Of a stretch of 64,000 nucleotides of DNA, positions 41,343 through 52,736 are shown one piece after another. The number at the start of each line of letters is the position of its first letter. The first letter of the stretch is position 1. The notes under the pieces are model-generated. The model ran no database searches. It worked only from the letters and a program-made list of their open reading frames with translations, and had not been told where the DNA came from. The position numbers were made by a program, and so were the translations under genes. This stretch comes from an uncultured Gemmatimonadaceae bacterium (GTDB lineage: Bacteria > Gemmatimonadota > Gemmatimonadetes > Gemmatimonadales > Gemmatimonadaceae): positions 1 to 64,000 of the forward strand of contig CAWGJO010000020.1 of the NCBI GenBank assembly GCA_963822945.1. The letters run 5' to 3'.

Positions 41343-42736
41343 TCCGGTTTCGTTCGTGTTGCCGGAGACGCAACGCGCGTCCCCGTCGCCCGCTCGGCGG
41401 GCCCCTCGTACACCAGCGGCAATTCGACGCGCAGCGTCGTCCCTTCGCCCGGCGCGCTCACGAGCACGATGTCCCCACCCAGCAAACGGGCCGTGCGGCG
41501 CGCCAGGGCCAGTCCCAGCCCCGCCCCCACACGCCCCTCCGGCGCCGATCCGGCATCGGCCCGCCGGAACTCCTCGAATACGTAGCGCTGCGCGGCCGGC
41601 GAAATCCCCACCCCCGTGTCCTCCACCCGGTACACCACGCGATCGTCGTGCACCTCGACCGCCGTCCGGACCGATCCCGCTTCCGTGAATGCGTACGCAT
41701 TGGCGAGGAGTCCCGACAACAGCCGCACGATGCGGCGGCGGTCACTGGCCATCGCCGGCACCGTGTCGGGTTCGGTGCTCTGCAGCTCCACGCCCTCGCG
41801 CCGGCCTCGCGTGAGCGTCAGCGCCTCGCGCATCGGCTCCCGCGGATCGAACGCACTCACGGCCGGCTCCACCCCACCCCGCTTCAACTCCGAAATCTCC
41901 AGCAGATCGGCGATCCGCGACAGCAACCCCTCGCCCGACTCCTTTACCTCGAGCAGGGCGGCGCTCTCGGCCTCGGTGAGCGGACCGGCGGCTCCCGTCT
42001 GAATTCTCGAAATGTAACCGACCAACTCGGCCAGCGGCGCGCGCAATTCCGTGGACAGATTGGCCAGGAATTCGTCCTGCAACCGGCGCGCTTCGAGCAG
42101 GGCGGCGTACTGCCGTTCCAACTCGGCGTTGGTATCCGTGAGCGCCGAATTGGTCCGGCGCAGGTCCTCGATGAGGCGCGCCTTCTGCGCCGTGGCCGCC
42201 ATCTGGTCGGCCACCATGCGCAGCAGGCTGCGGGTCTCGACGCTCAATCCGCCCGCGTTTGCGAAGTAGAAGGTGACCGTACCCAGCACGCCCTCGCCGG
42301 TCTGCAGCGGCAGCGCCGCCAGCGACCGGAAGCCGAGTTCGTTGGCCACCTCCTGCCAGTCCTCGAGCGACGGGTCGGCAAAGATGTCCGGCACCTCGAT
42401 GGCCCGGCGCTCGCTGGCCGCTTCGCCGCTGGGGCCGAATCCCAGGCGCACGCGCATCTCGCCGAGGAACTGCGTGTAGCGCTCCGGCCAGTTGTGGGCG
42501 GCGGCCAGGCGCATCAACTCCGAGGCCCCGTCCACGAGATACACGCAGGCGAAGGTCGCCCCGACCACCGGGCTCACCCGGTCCAGCGCGAACTGGAAGA
42601 CCTCCTCGGGGCGGTCGGCGGTGAGGAAGGCGTGGACGATCTCGCGGACCGCCATCAACTCGCGCAGTCCGAAGTCGACGCCCTCGGCGGGCGTGCGGAG
42701 GCGCAATTCGCCTGACGTCGCAGATGCCTGGGTCAC
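41339..42736 (-). CDS. GAF-domain histidine-kinase-like protein lacking the phosphoacceptor His
   Basis: GAF domain, coiled coil, H-box FLANLSTELRAPL, G1 VEDTGVGI, G2 GAGLGL. Confidence 0.85.
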   Translation of the reverse strand: MTQASATSGELRLRTPAEGVDFGLRELMAVREIVHAFLTADRPEEVFQFALDRVSPVVGATFACVYLVDGASELMRLAAAHNWPERYTQFLGEMRVRLGFGPSGEAASERRAIEVPDIFADPSLEDWQEVANELGFRSLAALPLQTGEGVLGTVTFYFANAGGLSVETRSLLRMVADQMAATAQKARLIEDLRRTNSALTDTNAELERQYAALLEARRLQDEFLANLSTELRAPLAELVGYISRIQTGAAGPLTEAESAALLEVKESGEGLLSRIADLLEISELKRGGVEPAVSAFDPREPMREALTLTRGRREGVELQSTEPDTVPAMASDRRRIVRLLSGLLANAYAFTEAGSVRTAVEVHDDRVVYRVEDTGVGISPAAQRYVFEEFRRADAGSAPEGRVGAGLGLALARRTARLLGGDIVLVSAPGEGTTLRVELPLVYEGPAERATGTRVASPATRTKPE

Positions 42737-42838
42737 CAAGGGGCAATGTACGCCGGGGAGCGAATGCGGTCCAGACGGATGTTTAGACGGGTGTTTACCG
42801 GTCCCCCCGACTGCTGATCGTCGACCGCCCACCGCCCG

Positions 42839-43522
42839 CTACTTCTTGGACAGCGCGCGGATCTCGACCCTGTGCACCAGCACGTTCGGTGGCGTGGAAA
42901 GCACGTGCGCCACCGTCTCGGCCACGTCCTCTGGCTTGAGCGCCCACGCTTTGGCCGCCGGGTCGCCCCCACCGAACGCGGTCGCCGCGCCACCCGGACT
43001 CACCACCGAGACCTTCACGCCCTGGTCCCGTACCTCCAACAGCAGGCATTCCGCGAACGCCATCACCGCGTGTTTGGTCCCCGTGTACGCCGCGCCACCG
43101 GCAAACGCGCTGCGGCCGGCGATCGATCCGATGATCACCACGTGTCCGTGCTTCCGCGCCACCATACCCGGCAGCAGCGCGCGCGTCACGTGATAGAGGG
43201 CGTTGAAATTGACGTCCACCTGCCGCTGCCACTCCTCGGGCGTGGTGTCGAGCAGCGGCTTGATGACGCCCACGCCGGCGTTGTTCACCAGGACGTCGGC
43301 GTCGAGGCCCGCGAAGGCGGACGCCACCGCGGCAGGATCGGCCACGTCGACCACCAGCGGCGTGCACCGGCCCCCGGCATGACGGATCTCGCCGGCCAGC
43401 GACTCGAGGTCGTCCGCCGAACGCGCCGCGGCCACGATGTCGTACTCGGGGGCCAGGCGGAGGGCGATGGCGCGGCCGATGCCGCGCGAGGCGCCGGTGA
43501 CGACGGCGGTGGGTCTCGACAT
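42839..43522 (-). CDS. Short-chain dehydrogenase/reductase
   Basis: TGASRGIG, NNAG, S..YTGTK. Confidence 0.93.
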   Translation of the reverse strand: MSRPTAVVTGASRGIGRAIALRLAPEYDIVAAARSADDLESLAGEIRHAGGRCTPLVVDVADPAAVASAFAGLDADVLVNNAGVGVIKPLLDTTPEEWQRQVDVNFNALYHVTRALLPGMVARKHGHVVIIGSIAGRSAFAGGAAYTGTKHAVMAFAECLLLEVRDQGVKVSVVSPGGAATAFGGGDPAAKAWALKPEDVAETVAHVLSTPPNVLVHRVEIRALSKK

Positions 43523-43560
43523 GACGTTCTCCTTTTCCCCGGCGGACGGCGCGCGGCGGC

Positions 43561-45078
43561 TCACCCCAGGAGCCGCTCCACGTTCCGCAGCAGGGGCGCG
43601 AAGCTCAACGATTTGTCGGACACCCGGGCGGCCTGCTCGTGCGCCAGCTCGCGCTGCCCGTGCGCGAAGAGTTCGTGCACGATCCACGGCCCGGCGCTCG
43701 GATTGCGCCACCAGTCGTCGTTGAACCGTTCGGTGAGCGTCTCGTTGAGCAGCGCCTGCAACTGCCAGGCGCGCAGGTAACGGGCAGCGTAGTATCGCGG
43801 GTCGACGTCCACGAAGGCGTCGGCCGGATCGTAGCGGAAGGTCGTGGCGTCGGTGAGCAACTGGACGTAGAGATCGGGCAGGGCGCTCCAGGCCACGTCG
43901 CCGCTGTACAGGTGCGTCTCGTAGATGAGCTTGGCGCAATACCGCCGCAGGAATTGCAGTTCCTCGAAACCCGCGCTGCGCAGAAATCGCGGCACGTCCG
44001 CCTTGGACAGCGAGGCGTACCGCGCCAGCCACCGCGGATCCTGCATGCGGTGGTCGAACAGCATCGCGTAACCCTCGGTGATCGAGTTGTCGCCCAACCA
44101 CCGGTATTCGAACGGCAGGTCGGGCCGCATGTGCGCGAAATGGAGCGCGTGCCCCAGCTCGTGGAGGAAGGTGTTCCAGTCGTTCTGGCCGCCGTGGGGG
44201 CGCAGCACGAGATACACCTCTTCCGGCACCCGCACGGGCGAACAGAACGCCCGCGCGCGCTTTCCTTCGCGGTCGCCCGTATCGAAGATCACCCGGCCGT
44301 CGGCATCCGGCACGATCCCCATCTCGCGCACCTGGTCGAGGATGCGCGGCTCCATCGTGTCCCCGGGGAACCCGCCGTCGAACGCCCGGGCGCGCATCAG
44401 GGCCAACGCATCGGCGCGCGTGGCTTCGGCGGGCACGATCCCCAATTTCCGCTTCACGAACTCGGGGTACACGTCGTCCCACATCGACCGCGTGTCGCGC
44501 AGGAACCGCTCGCATTCCGCGCGCAGCTCCAGCAGCGAGAACCCGGCCAGAAGATCGAAGGTGGCGTTGTACCCATCGGCGAGATCGAGCTGCTCGGCGA
44601 TCTCGCGCTCGCGCTGGAAGTGCTCCAGCCGAATGGGGGCCAGCTCCGCACGCACCAGCCGGGCCCGGGCCTGGTCGAGCGCCAGTCGTTCGGCGCGATC
44701 GGTGCTGTTCGCCAGATCGATGGATGCCCGCTGGAACGGCACCGCGCCGCCGCCCGGAAGCGGGATCATCGCCTCGCTCTCCCACGCGATCTCGCGTTCG
44801 TCCAACTCGGCCAGCTCGCGCGATGCCTGCGATTCCACCTGCCAGTCCAGGAGCTGCCGCAGACTCGCGTACTCCTCGCCGTCGGGAGCCGCCGCACGGA
44901 ACGCATCGAGCACCAGGGCGAGCGACTCCTCGCTCATGATCTCGGCGTACTGCTCGTACAGCGGCGTGAGTTCGGCCGTCGGCTTGAGACCGGCATGCGC
45001 GAGATAGTACTCGCGCGAGATCGCCTCCGTGAACGCCTGCCCCTCGTGGCGCAGCCGGTCGATGGAGAGCGGGCTCAC
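43561..45078 (-). CDS. M3/oligoendopeptidase F-like zinc peptidase
   Basis: [29 protein letters not shown] overlap with glyQS. Confidence 0.75.
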   Translation of the reverse strand: MSPLSIDRLRHEGQAFTEAISREYYLAHAGLKPTAELTPLYEQYAEIMSEESLALVLDAFRAAAPDGEEYASLRQLLDWQVESQASRELAELDEREIAWESEAMIPLPGGGAVPFQRASIDLANSTDRAERLALDQARARLVRAELAPIRLEHFQREREIAEQLDLADGYNATFDLLAGFSLLELRAECERFLRDTRSMWDDVYPEFVKRKLGIVPAEATRADALALMRARAFDGGFPGDTMEPRILDQVREMGIVPDADGRVIFDTGDREGKRARAFCSPVRVPEEVYLVLRPHGGQNDWNTFLHELGHALHFAHMRPDLPFEYRWLGDNSITEGYAMLFDHRMQDPRWLARYASLSKADVPRFLRSAGFEELQFLRRYCAKLIYETHLYSGDVAWSALPDLYVQLLTDATTFRYDPADAFVDVDPRYYAARYLRAWQLQALLNETLTERFNDDWWRNPSAGPWIVHELFAHGQRELAHEQAARVSDKSLSFAPLLRNVERLLG

Positions 45079-46433
45079 CTGGCGAGGCGCTCCGCGATCA
45101 CGCCCCCCACGCGGTCCGCGGCCACGCGCTCCTGCGCCAGTGTGTCGCGATCGCGGAGGGTCACCGTCCCGTCGGCCATCGTCTGGCCGTCGACGGTCAG
45201 GCAGAACGGCGTGCCGACTTCGTCCTGCCGGCGGTAGCGGCGCCCGATGGCGCCCGACTCGTCGTAGAACACGGGGAACGCCTGCCGCAGCTCGTGCGCC
45301 AGCTTCTCCGCGAACTCCGGCATCCCGTCCTTCTTCACCAGCGGGAACACCCCGGCCTTGATCGGGGCCAGCGACGGATGGAGGCCGAGCACCGTCCGCC
45401 CCTCCGATTCGCCCTCCACCGTCTCCTCGCGGTAGGCGTTGACGAGCACGGCCAGGGCGGTGCGGTCGGCCCCCACCGACGTCTCGATCACGAACGGCAC
45501 GAACCGCCGGTTGTTGGGCTGATCGAAGTACTCGAGCTTCTTTCCCGAGTACTCCTGGTGCCGGCTGAGGTCGAAGTCGCCGCGGTGGTGCACGCCCTCG
45601 ATCTCCTGGAACGCCAGCGTGCCGCCGAAGTCGAACTGGATGTCGAACGCCGCCCGCGCGTAGTGTGCCAACTCCTCGGGTGTGTGCTGGTGGAAGAGCA
45701 GCCGCGACTCCTCGAGCCCCAACCCCCGGTGCCACTCCATGCGCTGCGCCTTCCAGTACTCGAACCAGTGCATGTGGTCGCCGTCCGGGTCGACGAAGAA
45801 CTGCATCTCCATCTGCTCGAACTCGCGCGTGCGGAAGATGAAGTTCCCGGGCGTGATCTCGTTGCGGAAGGCCTTGCCGATCTGCGCGATGCCGAACGGC
45901 ACCTTCTGCCGCGTGGACTGCTGGACGTTCAGGAAATTCACATAGATGCCCTGCGCCGTCTCCGGGCGCAGATAGACGACCGCCGCGCTGTCCTCCACCG
46001 GCCCCATGAACGTCTTGAACATCAGGTTGAACATCCGGGGCTCCGACAGCGTCCCCTTCATGCCGCACGCCGGGCACTGCCCGTCGGGCGTGCCGGGCGT
46101 GCCCTTGATCTTCGGGTCGTCGGCGCGGAACCGCTTCTTGCAGTTCCGGCAATCGACCAGCGGATCGGTGAAGCCCGCCACGTGCCCGCTCGCCTCCCAC
46201 ACCCGCGGATGCATGAGGATCGCCGCGTCGAGTCCTTCGATGTCGTCGCGCGACCGGACCATGGCGTTCCACCACCGGTCCTTGATGTTCCGCTTGAGTT
46301 CCACGCCCAGGGGACCGTAGTCCCACACCGAGCCGGTGCCGCCGTAGATCTCGGAAGATTGGAAGATGAACCCCCGCCGCTTGCAGAGCGACACGAGCTT
46401 TTCCATCACGTCGGGACGGGCGCTGGGAGACAT
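45075..46433 (-). CDS. glyQS: Glycine--tRNA ligase, alpha2 type
   Basis: [53 protein letters not shown]. Confidence 0.97.
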   Translation of the reverse strand: MSPSARPDVMEKLVSLCKRRGFIFQSSEIYGGTGSVWDYGPLGVELKRNIKDRWWNAMVRSRDDIEGLDAAILMHPRVWEASGHVAGFTDPLVDCRNCKKRFRADDPKIKGTPGTPDGQCPACGMKGTLSEPRMFNLMFKTFMGPVEDSAAVVYLRPETAQGIYVNFLNVQQSTRQKVPFGIAQIGKAFRNEITPGNFIFRTREFEQMEMQFFVDPDGDHMHWFEYWKAQRMEWHRGLGLEESRLLFHQHTPEELAHYARAAFDIQFDFGGTLAFQEIEGVHHRGDFDLSRHQEYSGKKLEYFDQPNNRRFVPFVIETSVGADRTALAVLVNAYREETVEGESEGRTVLGLHPSLAPIKAGVFPLVKKDGMPEFAEKLAHELRQAFPVFYDESGAIGRRYRRQDEVGTPFCLTVDGQTMADGTVTLRDRDTLAQERVAADRVGGVIAERLAR

Positions 46434-46457
46434 GGAAATTCGGATGTTGGTGTGAGA

Positions 46458-46543
46458 CGACAATCGGCAATCGACAGCGGACAGCCGACGGTTCACCGCC
46501 GCCTCCCGACCGCTGACCTCCGATTGCTGATTGCTGATTGCAG
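46458..46543 (-). repeat. Heptamer-repeat hairpin in the glyQS leader
   Basis: Minus strand GCAATCA GCAATCA GCAATCG ... GCTGTCG ATTGCCG ATTGTCG; the ends are complementary. Confidence 0.65.
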
Positions 46544-46575
46544 CTACTTAAGCTAATCCCGGATGCCGCGTTCCG

Positions 46576-47601
46576 TCACGAATCCAGTTCGGCGCTCAGC
46601 TTGGGCGGCGCCGGAGCGGCGCGCCCCTGCAGCCGGGCCACGATCCGATCCCCATGGTACCGGCCGTTCTCGATGAACACCTTGTTGGCGTCGAAGCCGG
46701 CCACCACCACCCCTGCCACGAACACCCCCGGCACGGTGGTTTCCAACGTCTCCGGGTCGTGCGCCGGCACGCCGGTGGTGGCGTGGATCGGTACGCCGAC
46801 GTCGCGGAGCAGCGTCAGATTGGGCGCGAATCCGGTCATCACGTAGACCATCGAGGCGGGGATCCGCCGCTCGCCTTCGGGAGTGGTGACCACGACCGCC
46901 GCCGGCTCGATGGCCGAGACCCGGGCGTTCCACTGGGCGGCGATGCTCCCCTCCTTCACCCGGTTCTCGAAGTCGGGCTGGACCCACGGCTTGATTCGCT
47001 TGTCGAACGTCGGCCCGAAATGGACCAGGGTCACCCGCGCCCCCGAGCGCCAGAGATCCAGCGCCGCCTCGGCCGCCGAGTTCCCACCGCCCACCACGAC
47101 CACGTCCTGCTGGAACGCCTCGTGCCCCTCGCGATAGACATGGGCCACGTGCGGCAGATCCTCGCCCGGCACGCCCAGTTTGTTCGGCGATCCGAAGTAC
47201 CCCGTGGCCACCACGACGGCCCCGGCGCTGATCACCCGGTCCTCGCCGGAGCGCGTGCGCGTCCGCACCTGAAAGGCCCCGGACCGTCCCTCGATTGCCC
47301 GCACCTTCTCGTACTGCCGCACCTGAAGACCGAAGTGCCGGACCACGGCCCGGTAGTAGGCCAGCGCGTCGCGACGGCTCGGTTTGTCTTCCGCCACCAC
47401 GAACGGCATGCCGCCCAGCGAGAGCTTCTCCGCCGTGGAGAAGAAGCGCACGTAGGTGGGATAGTGGCTGATCGTGCTCGCCACCACGCTCCCCTCCACC
47501 ACCACCGCGCGCAGCCCGGCCTGCTGCGCCGAGATTGCCGCCGCCAGCCCGCACGGGCCGCCCCCGATGACGAGGACGTCGTACTCCACGCGCTCAGCCA
47601 C
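46576..47601 (-). CDS. YpdA family (bacillithiol disulfide reductase-like) flavoprotein
   Basis: GGGPCGL, FFST, ATGYF, GGGNSA, IKPWV, VFIENGRYH. Confidence 0.9.
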   Translation of the reverse strand: MAERVEYDVLVIGGGPCGLAAAISAQQAGLRAVVVEGSVVASTISHYPTYVRFFSTAEKLSLGGMPFVVAEDKPSRRDALAYYRAVVRHFGLQVRQYEKVRAIEGRSGAFQVRTRTRSGEDRVISAGAVVVATGYFGSPNKLGVPGEDLPHVAHVYREGHEAFQQDVVVVGGGNSAAEAALDLWRSGARVTLVHFGPTFDKRIKPWVQPDFENRVKEGSIAAQWNARVSAIEPAAVVVTTPEGERRIPASMVYVMTGFAPNLTLLRDVGVPIHATTGVPAHDPETLETTVPGVFVAGVVVAGFDANKVFIENGRYHGDRIVARLQGRAAPAPPKLSAELDS

Positions 47602-47622
47602 GACGGCCCCTCGGCGCGCGCA

Positions 47623-48970
<1,348 letters not shown>

Positions 48971-48972
48971 TC

Positions 48973-49000
48973 AATTTACCGAGCCGACCGGACCTGTCAA
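48973..49000 (-). promoter_or_regulatory. Sigma70-type promoter for purA
   Basis: TTGACA (48995-49000)-N16-TAAATT (48973-48978). Confidence 0.75.
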
Positions 49001-49068
49001 CACGACGCGAGCGGTTCGCAGTCGGCGGTCAGAAGCAGCCACGCACTGCGGACTGCCCACCGCCGCAT

Positions 49069-49560
49069 TCATCCCATCACTGCCGCGAGCACGATCCACA
49101 CCGCCATCACCATCCCGAGCCCGATCTTCATCGCCGCGGCCGTCACACGGCCGAACAGCGCGCCGGTGGCCACGCGCGTCGCGGCACGGTGGTCGCCGCG
49201 CACGGTCAATTCGGCCACCAGCGCGCCGACGAACGCCCCGACGAATGCCCCGATCACCGGTCCCACCACCGGCACGGGCACGCCGACGAAGGCGCCCACG
49301 AATCCGCCCAGAATCGCGCCCCAGCCGGCGCGCCGCGAGCCGCCGTAGCGACGCGTGAACCGCGCCGCGAGCGAGAACTCGAGCAGCTCCCCGATCAACG
49401 CCAGCACCGCCGTGCCCACCACGGTCGCCATGCCGACGGTGCCCGGGACGGCGATGTGATAGACCAGCGCCGCCCCCACCATCACCCAGGTGCCCGGGAG
49501 TCCGAGCGGAATGAGCAGCATCGAGCCCGCGAGGGCGATCACCAGCAGCACGACGGACAT
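49069..49560 (-). CDS. DUF456 family membrane protein
   Basis: LGLPGTW, RRYGGSRRAGWGAILGG, PVIGAFVGAFVG. Confidence 0.88.
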   Translation of the reverse strand: MSVVLLVIALAGSMLLIPLGLPGTWVMVGAALVYHIAVPGTVGMATVVGTAVLALIGELLEFSLAARFTRRYGGSRRAGWGAILGGFVGAFVGVPVPVVGPVIGAFVGAFVGALVAELTVRGDHRAATRVATGALFGRVTAAAMKIGLGMVMAVWIVLAAVMG

Positions 49561-50645
49561 CAGGGCAACTCCTGAACGATGGCGGCGAGAAGCGACGCCG
49601 CGGATGCCACGCCGCTTCCCTCAAGATGCTCTACGGAATCCCGCGGCGTGTGGATTCGAAGCAGCGTACCAAGCGTGGCCCGCCCCAGCGTCGCGCACTG
49701 CCATCCGGCGCGCGAGAGCGCCACGCCATCGGTCAGCACGCCGAGCGGCAGGGCGCGCGCGCGGCACGTCGTACCGGTCCGGCGCGCGGCGCGCGCGACC
49801 GCGTCGGTCACCCGCACCGGCCGCCTCCCCGACGTGAGAAGCATCAACGAGCCGCGATCGTCGATCGTGTCACAGTTCACCGCGAGACCGGGCGCCCTTC
49901 CCGCAGCCCAGGCGTGCGCGCCGGCCAGCCCCACCTCCTCGGCGTCCGTGAGCAGCACCCCGACGCCCGTGTCGGGCGCCAGGAGCGCCGCCGCGGCGAG
50001 CACCGTCGCCACACCCGACGCATTGTCCACGGCGCCGGGCGACGCATTGCCCGCTGAGGCAAACATCAGGAGTGCCCCGCCCGCCGCACCGGGCGCCCAG
50101 ACGAACCACGGGTGCCACCACGCGGCCCCGCCCAGCCGGGCCGCCACCGACAGCACCAGGGCCAGCCACGCCGCCAGGGTGAGCGTGGCGCCCGCGGCGC
50201 GCCACGCCAACGGATACCGCTGCGATTTGGAGTCGAGATGCGCCACCAGCCACACGCGTGTCGCCGTGCCGCGCGTCGCCTCCAAATTCGTGCCGTACGC
50301 GCTCCCCCATGGCAGCGACACGGCGGCCCTCGATGCAAGCCAGCGGGCGAGCACGGCCACGAGCGCGAGTCCCAGGCCGGCGGCCAGCGCGGCCGTGCCG
50401 TACGCGCCTCGGGACTCCAGGTGGGCCGTCCCGGCGATGAGCGCCGCCGAGGAAAGCCCGACAGCCGGCATGCCGAATCGCGCCGGAACGGTGGAATAGC
50501 GGAACCGGGATTCCTGGACCCGGAAGCCCAGCGCCACCAGTCGCTCGGCGCACAGGGCGCGCGCGCGGTCGAGCGCGGGGGTCCCGGTGAACCGGCCGCC
50601 GGCGGCGAGGGCGCGGAGCAGCGCCAGCGGGTCGCCGGCGTCCAC
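49560..50645 (-). CDS. Membrane-embedded M28 family peptidase
   Basis: AHLDS, GAVDNASG, AEEVGL, NCD, IHT with interspersed TM helices. Confidence 0.82.
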   Translation of the reverse strand: MDAGDPLALLRALAAGGRFTGTPALDRARALCAERLVALGFRVQESRFRYSTVPARFGMPAVGLSSAALIAGTAHLESRGAYGTAALAAGLGLALVAVLARWLASRAAVSLPWGSAYGTNLEATRGTATRVWLVAHLDSKSQRYPLAWRAAGATLTLAAWLALVLSVAARLGGAAWWHPWFVWAPGAAGGALLMFASAGNASPGAVDNASGVATVLAAAALLAPDTGVGVLLTDAEEVGLAGAHAWAAGRAPGLAVNCDTIDDRGSLMLLTSGRRPVRVTDAVARAARRTGTTCRARALPLGVLTDGVALSRAGWQCATLGRATLGTLLRIHTPRDSVEHLEGSGVASAASLLAAIVQELP

Positions 50646-50647
50646 GG

Positions 50648-51550
50648 TCAGGGCGTGGCGGCCAGCGCGCCCCCGGCGAGCAGGGCGCGCAGCTTCGCCA
50701 TCTCGCTCGGCCCGAGGGGAGTCAGCGGCGGGCGAACGGGCCCACCCCGGAGCCCCACGACGTCGAGCGCCGCCTTGACGCCGGCCACGCCCATGGACCC
50801 CACGATCGTGGCGGCCGGCGGGGTCAACCGCGACTGGACGGCCAACGCGCCCGCGGCATCGCCGCGGGCCATGGCGTCGAATACGGCCAACGACAACTCC
50901 GGCGCGAACAGGGCCACGGCGAGAATCGCGCCGCGTGCGCCCGCCGCCAGCGACGCCTGGTACATCGTCCCGCTGCCGGTGAGCACGGAGAATCCGTCCC
51001 CCTGCGCGCCGACGTACCCGGCCACCAGCTCGCGGTCGCCCGAGCTGTCCTTGATCCCGACGATGTTCGGATGCGCGGCCAGCGTGGTCACGATCTCCGG
51101 CGAGAGGGCGAATCCGACGTACTTGGGAATGTTGTACAGCAGCACGGGAATCGGGCTCTCATCCGCCACACGCCGGAAGTGCCCGAGCAGCGCGTCCACC
51201 GTCATTGCGGCGGAGTAGTAGTGCGGCGAAACCACCAGCACCGCGTCGGCGCCCGCCGATGCCGCATGCCGGGCGCGCCGGACCACCGTGCGCGTCGCTT
51301 CCGCGCCGGCGCCGACGATCAGCAGCCGGTCGCGCGGCGTCACCGCGCGGGCCCTCTCCACCAACCGCTCGCGCTCGGTCTCGTCCAGCAGCACCGCCTC
51401 GCCGGTCGATCCGGCCACCACGACGCCGTGCAGTCCCACGGCGAGGTGGGCCCGAAGGTTGGCCTCGAACCCCGCCAGGTCGAGGTCGCCGGACGTCGCG
51501 TCGAACGTCGTGACGACGGGGCCGAAGACTCCATGCAGATCGAGCATCAC
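50648..51550 (-). CDS. Dihydrodipicolinate synthase family aldolase
   Basis: GSTGE, LYNIP, GIKDSSG. Confidence 0.9.
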   Translation of the reverse strand: MMLDLHGVFGPVVTTFDATSGDLDLAGFEANLRAHLAVGLHGVVVAGSTGEAVLLDETERERLVERARAVTPRDRLLIVGAGAEATRTVVRRARHAASAGADAVLVVSPHYYSAAMTVDALLGHFRRVADESPIPVLLYNIPKYVGFALSPEIVTTLAAHPNIVGIKDSSGDRELVAGYVGAQGDGFSVLTGSGTMYQASLAAGARGAILAVALFAPELSLAVFDAMARGDAAGALAVQSRLTPPAATIVGSMGVAGVKAALDVVGLRGGPVRPPLTPLGPSEMAKLRALLAGGALAATP

Positions 51551-52734
51551 GTATCCAGAAAGTTGAAGCCGCCCGGCTGGATTCCTTCGAGCGTCGGTCC
51601 GGAGGAGGGCTCACCATCGCTCGCCGGTGCGGCCTCGGGGGCCTCCACCGGCGCCGGCGGGTGCGGCAGCCGGCCGAACATGCGCAGCTTGAGTTCGAAG
51701 TCCGATGGATTGGTGGACGCCGCCATGGCCGTCTCGAACGTCACCTCGTGCGTCCGCACCAGATCGGCCAGATGCTGGTCGAAGGTCTGCATGCCGTACT
51801 GCTCGCGACCGCCCTCGATGTAGTCGCGAATCTCGTTGATGCGCCGTCCGTCGGCGATCATGTCGCGCACCGCCGGCGTCACGATGAGCACCTCGGCCGC
51901 CACGGCGCGCCCGTTCCCGTCACGCCGCTTGAGCAACCGCTGCGAGACCACCGCGTGCAGCGATTCCGCCAGCCGGATGCGCACCACTTCCTGCTCCTCG
52001 GGCGGGAACATCGCCATGATGCGGAGGATCGTGCTCTGGGCATCGGGCGTGTGCAGCGTGGAGATGAGCAGGTGGCCGGTCTCGGCCGCCTTCATCGCGG
52101 TGTCGATCGTCTCCGCGTCACGCAGCTCGCCGATCATGATCACGTCGGGATCCTGACGCAGCGCCGCCCGCAATCCCATCTTGAAGCCCATCGTGTCGGC
52201 GCCGATCTCGCGCTGGGTGACCGCCGAATTGATGTCCTGGTGCAGGAACTCGATCGGGTTCTCGAGCGTGAGAATGTGCCGGTTCTGGTGCTGGTTGATG
52301 TAGTTGATCAACGCCGCCATCGTGCTCGACTTCCCCGAGCCCGTCACGCCCGTGACGAGCACCATCCCGCGCTCGGCCTGCGCCACCCTGGCCAGGACCG
52401 GTGGAAGCCGCAGCTTCTCGAACGTCGGCACTTCGAGCGGGATCACCCGCATCACGATCATCAGCGTGCCGCGCTGCCGCATGATGTTCACGCGAAAGCG
52501 GCCGATGCCCGGCGCTTCCCAGGAGCAGTCGTAGTCGGTGAGCTTGTCGATGTTCGCCTTGTCTTCCTCGTTGCTCATGAGGCGAAGCGCGATAGCCCGT
52601 GTCTGCTCGGCCGTCAGCGCCTGCTTGGTGAGCCCGACCAGCTTGCCGTGGATGCGTGCCCGGAACACATCGCCCGCCTTGATGTGCAGGTCCGATGCCC
52701 CGCGGTCCACTCCCGCCTTGATGATCCGTTCCAT
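51547..52734 (-). CDS. PilT/PilU family type IV pilus ATPase
   Basis: ASDLHIK, GVTGSGKS, LRQDPDVIMIGELRD, TGHL..TLH, GMQTFD. Confidence 0.92.
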   Translation of the reverse strand: MERIIKAGVDRGASDLHIKAGDVFRARIHGKLVGLTKQALTAEQTRAIALRLMSNEEDKANIDKLTDYDCSWEAPGIGRFRVNIMRQRGTLMIVMRVIPLEVPTFEKLRLPPVLARVAQAERGMVLVTGVTGSGKSSTMAALINYINQHQNRHILTLENPIEFLHQDINSAVTQREIGADTMGFKMGLRAALRQDPDVIMIGELRDAETIDTAMKAAETGHLLISTLHTPDAQSTILRIMAMFPPEEQEVVRIRLAESLHAVVSQRLLKRRDGNGRAVAAEVLIVTPAVRDMIADGRRINEIRDYIEGGREQYGMQTFDQHLADLVRTHEVTFETAMAASTNPSDFELKLRMFGRLPHPPAPVEAPEAAPASDGEPSSGPTLEGIQPGGFNFLDT

Positions 52735-52736
52735 GC

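Noticed and set aside
46434..46560. T-box riboswitch upstream of glyQS
   Set aside because: No GGTGG-ACC T-box motif or terminator, and the leader is too short
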